Below are positions 55,675 through 58,480 of a DNA stretch of 58,480 nt, piece after piece. The stretch is taken from NCBI GenBank assembly GCA_015065175.1, contig SVQV01000001.1, positions 1 through 58,480 of the forward strand, written 5' to 3'. How positions within the stretch are numbered: the stretch's first letter is position 1; every line of letters begins with the position of its first letter. Below the pieces are notes generated by a model. The model saw nothing but the letters and a program-made list of their open reading frames with translations. It searched no databases and was not told the origin of the DNA. Source of the DNA: Oscillospiraceae bacterium. GTDB lineage: Bacteria > Bacillota > Clostridia > Oscillospirales > CAG-272. Both the position numbers and the translations under genes were made by a program.

Positions 55675-55923
55675 CGTTATTATTAATTCCGAAAAGTCAC
55701 CCAAAATTCACTACTGTCAAGTGGATAGTGCGAATATTTGCCAATTTTGTGAGTCCACACCCATTATATAGCAAACGAACTTGCGCGAGGTGTGATTGTA
55801 TACGTGCAAGAAATGTATGACTGGAAAATATTTTCATTTTGCACAAAAATGCCTAAAAAATGCTTGTAAAATTGTAAAAAATATTTTTTTATTGAAAAAG
55901 TTGCAAAAAAATAAAAATTTTTA

Positions 55924-55952
55924 TTGACAAATGATAATTTATGGTGTAAAAT
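55924..55952 (+). promoter_or_regulatory. Putative sigma-A promoter of the rpiR-family regulator gene
   Basis: TTGACA (55924-55929), a 17-nt spacer, and TAAAAT (55947-55952). Confidence 0.45.
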
Positions 55953-56049
55953 AAAGAAAAATGAAAAGTTTTTTCAATTGTTAAAAAAAGGTCAAAGTTG
56001 GAAAAAACCGCTAACTAACTTTAAAAATGAGCTTTTTTGAGAGGGAAAA

Positions 56050-56892
56050 ATGAACAGAACCTTACTTTTGGCAAAATCTCATTACGGAGAAATGGGAAAA
56101 TCCGAAAAAAAGATAGCCGACTGGCTCTTCTCGCATTCGGGCGAAGCCTTCCCTTATTCCATCACCGAGCTTGCCGAAAAATGCGACAGCAGCGAGGCGA
56201 CCATAGTCCGATTTTCCAAGCGTTTGGGCTTTAACGGATATCAGGATCTGAAGATAGCCTTGGCGCAGGAGCTTGAAAAAAAGATAATAACTCCTTACAT
56301 AACGGCAGAGGACTCCTGCTTTGAAATGCTCGAAAAGCTCTGTAACGATATCTATCTTTCGCTCGAGCGTACAAAAAAGAATATAGGCTCGGCGAATATG
56401 ACCGAAGCCTCGGAGGTGATCGCCAAGGCGAGAAAGGTTATCCTTATCGGTCTCGGAAGCTCCTCTACCGTAGCGGCGGAGGCTTCAAACAAGTTTTTGC
56501 GCGCGGGATGTAACGCATACTCTTATTCGGACACTCATATGCAGGCGATAGCGGTCTCCCAATTGAGCTACGGAGACGTGCTTATAGGAATTTCACAGTC
56601 CGGCTCGTCGAAGGATATAGTTGAATGTCTCAGACTCGCAAAAACAAGAGGCGCGACAACGATATGCGTGACGGCAAAGGAGCGCTCTCCCATAACGAAG
56701 CAGAGCGATATCGTTCTTATTACCGACACGGAGGAGCTTCGCCACAGCGACCTCGGGTTAAGCTCACACCTTTCACGCACGGTAGTTATGGATGCTCTCT
56801 GCTACAGAATAGCCTATATGAATGAGGAAAAGACCATAGAGGGAATGAATCAGGGAGAAATATCTCTGGTTTCAAAGAGAATTACCGAATAA
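56050..56892 (+). CDS. MurR/RpiR family transcriptional regulator (HTH_6 + SIS domain)
   Basis: 280 aa. N-terminal HTH (SITELAEKCDSSEATIVRFSKRLGFNGYQDLK) and a SIS domain (LIGLGSSS..A......L...G...Y...D). Confidence 0.85.
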   Translation: MNRTLLLAKSHYGEMGKSEKKIADWLFSHSGEAFPYSITELAEKCDSSEATIVRFSKRLGFNGYQDLKIALAQELEKKIITPYITAEDSCFEMLEKLCNDIYLSLERTKKNIGSANMTEASEVIAKARKVILIGLGSSSTVAAEASNKFLRAGCNAYSYSDTHMQAIAVSQLSYGDVLIGISQSGSSKDIVECLRLAKTRGATTICVTAKERSPITKQSDIVLITDTEELRHSDLGLSSHLSRTVVMDALCYRIAYMNEEKTIEGMNQGEISLVSKRITE

Positions 56893-56944
56893 ACAAAACG
56901 TAAACAAAAGTATACACTTTTAATATAAAATCTGACGGAGGAAA

Positions 56945-58150
56945 ATGGTTATGAAGATTTTGGTTATCAATGCCGGAAGCTCTTCCTTGAAGTATCAGCT
57001 TTTTGATATGGATGACGGCTCGGTGATCGCCAAAGGACTTTGCGAAAAAATCGGTATCGGCGGCGCTATTACCCACAAGAGACCGGGAAAGGAAAACTAC
57101 TCGGCAGAGGTAGAGCTTAAGAGTCACGATGACGCTATCGCTCTTGTGCTTAAATTGCTCACGGATGCGGAGCTTGGCGTAATTTCATCTGTTGATGAGA
57201 TAGGCGCGGTCGGACACAGAGTTGCTCACGGCGGCGAGAAGCTCAGACGCTCTACGGTCATAGGTGATGAGGAGCTTGAATATCTCTATTCCATAGTAGG
57301 TATAAATCCGCTCCACGGACCACCTGCTATAAAGGGAATCGAGGCTTGCCGCAAGATAATGAAGGATAAGCTCCAGGTCGGTGTATTCGATACCTCGTTC
57401 TACAGCGATATGGCAGACAGTACATATATCTACGCTTTGCCCTATGAGTATTATGAAAAGTACGGAATCCGTAAGTACGGCTTCCACGGCACATCTCACA
57501 GATTCGTTTCCGCACAGGCAGCCGAAATGATCGGTAAGCCTATCGAGGAATTGAAGATAGTAGTTTGCCACTTAGGAAACGGCTCGTCCATTACCGCCGT
57601 TAAGAACGGAAAGGCAATAGATACATCTATGGGCTTCACTCCCCAGGACGGACTTCCTATGGGAACACGAAGCGGAGCGCTTGACCCCTCGCTTCTCACA
57701 TACCTTATGAAGCAGGAGGACCTCACCCCCGATGATATCGACAATATCATCAACAAGAAATCCGGACTTCTCGGAGTTTCGGGAGTTTCGAGCGACTGCC
57801 GTGAGGTTATGATCGCCGCAAAGGACGGCAACGACAGAGCAAGACTTGCGCTCGATATGCTTGTAGGAAGCATAAAGAAGATTGTCGGCTCATATATTGC
57901 GGAGATGAACGGAATTGACGCCCTGGCATTTACTGCGGGAATAGGCGAAAACGATGCGACTATCCGTGAAAGAGTATGTAAGGATATGGATTACCTCGGT
58001 ATAGAGATCGATACCGATGTAAATAAAAACGCACCCAGAGGAACAAAGATCGACATCAGTAAGGCAGGCGCCAAGACAAAGACCTTGGTTATTCCTACCG
58101 ATGAAGAGTATATGATCGCTCTGGATACACTCAAACTTGTAACTAAATAA
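56945..58150 (+). CDS. ackA: Acetate kinase
   Basis: 401 aa. The start may be the ATG at 56951 (MKILVINAGSSSLKYQLF). Motifs HRV.HGG, GFHGTSH and CHLGNG.S are present. Confidence 0.95.
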   Translation: MVMKILVINAGSSSLKYQLFDMDDGSVIAKGLCEKIGIGGAITHKRPGKENYSAEVELKSHDDAIALVLKLLTDAELGVISSVDEIGAVGHRVAHGGEKLRRSTVIGDEELEYLYSIVGINPLHGPPAIKGIEACRKIMKDKLQVGVFDTSFYSDMADSTYIYALPYEYYEKYGIRKYGFHGTSHRFVSAQAAEMIGKPIEELKIVVCHLGNGSSITAVKNGKAIDTSMGFTPQDGLPMGTRSGALDPSLLTYLMKQEDLTPDDIDNIINKKSGLLGVSGVSSDCREVMIAAKDGNDRARLALDMLVGSIKKIVGSYIAEMNGIDALAFTAGIGENDATIRERVCKDMDYLGIEIDTDVNKNAPRGTKIDISKAGAKTKTLVIPTDEEYMIALDTLKLVTK

Positions 58151-58167
58151 TGAAAGGATTTATAGAA

Positions 58168-58480
58168 ATGAAATCAGCATTTGAAATCAAAAAGGAAATC
58201 TGCGAAGTAGGTCACAAGCTTTATGCGAAGGGCTTTGTAGCAGCAAACGACGGTAACATTTCGGTTAAGGTAAGCGACAACGAATTCTACTGCACACCTA
58301 CAGGTGTGTCCAAGGGTGACCTTACCCCCGATATGATCATCAGAATCGACGGTAACGGAAACAAGTTGGAGGGTAAGCTCAATCCTTCCTCCGAGATCAA
58401 GATGCATCTCCGCGTTTACAAGGAACGCCCCGATGTTTTCGCAGTAGTTCACGCTCATCCCCCTGTAGCTACAGCATTCA
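58168..58480 (+). CDS. Class II aldolase/adducin-family protein (L-fuculose-phosphate aldolase-like), 3' end outside window
   Basis: Not in the ORF track because it has no stop. The ATG at 58168 gives MKSAFEIKKEICEVGHKLYAKGFVAANDGNISVKV...PTGVSKGDLTPDMI...SSEIKMHLRVY..RPDVFAVVHAHPP, the typical class II aldolase N-terminal region. Confidence 0.75.
   Translation, partial: MKSAFEIKKEICEVGHKLYAKGFVAANDGNISVKVSDNEFYCTPTGVSKGDLTPDMIIRIDGNGNKLEGKLNPSSEIKMHLRVYKERPDVFAVVHAHPPVATAF

Noticed and set aside
55638-55820. A 60-aa plus-strand ORF (TTG start) in the LRR/rpiR intergenic region.
   Set aside because: It starts inside the terminator hairpin and has no RBS. The sequence is hydrophobic/basic and unlike any family. 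The orientation makes no sense relative to the promoter and terminator signals.

Overview
The window is a 58.5 kb chromosomal segment from a spore-forming Firmicute of class Clostridia. It has a Gram-positive-type PolC and SpoIIIAH and YlmC/YmxH-type sporulation genes. A dockerin-like/BspA-LRR surface protein suggests a Ruminococcus/Oscillospiraceae-like organism, but that is inference only. All homology calls come from my recall of protein families and motifs; no searches were run.

Most of the window is conserved housekeeping:
- sufC and sufB/D, rqcH, and a MnmM-like methyltransferase.
- The classic rpsB-tsf-pyrH-frr-uppS-cdsA-dxr-rseP-ispG-polC block.
- uvrB-uvrA-dut, and ackA.

Accessory or less ordinary parts:
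1. A lipoate ligase, a DeoR regulator and a 2-oxoacid dehydrogenase operon (E2-E3-fused E1 alpha/beta-MBL hydrolase). Recognisable tandem operator repeats sit in both promoters.
2. A polytopic membrane protein followed by three tandem paralogous alpha/beta-hydrolase esterases.
3. A translationally coupled trio of small unknown proteins converging on polC with a 3-nt gap.
4. An isolated CpsC/CpsD/CpsB capsule-regulation module whose tyrosine kinase carries an in-frame TGA.
5. A 1403-aa secreted protein: signal peptide, single dockerin-like Ca-binding segment, four 46-aa Cys-containing repeats, and about 1000 aa of BspA-type leucine-rich repeats encoded by highly repetitive DNA.
6. An unusually long, palindrome-rich tsf-pyrH spacer.
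7. An orphan terminator region upstream of the LRR gene.

I found no rRNA genes, tRNA genes, CRISPR arrays, transposases or recognisable defence systems. I could not identify a clear novel multi-gene system. The best candidates for follow-up are the small-protein trio, the interrupted BY-kinase, the LRR/Cys-repeat protein and the DeoR-controlled dehydrogenase module.
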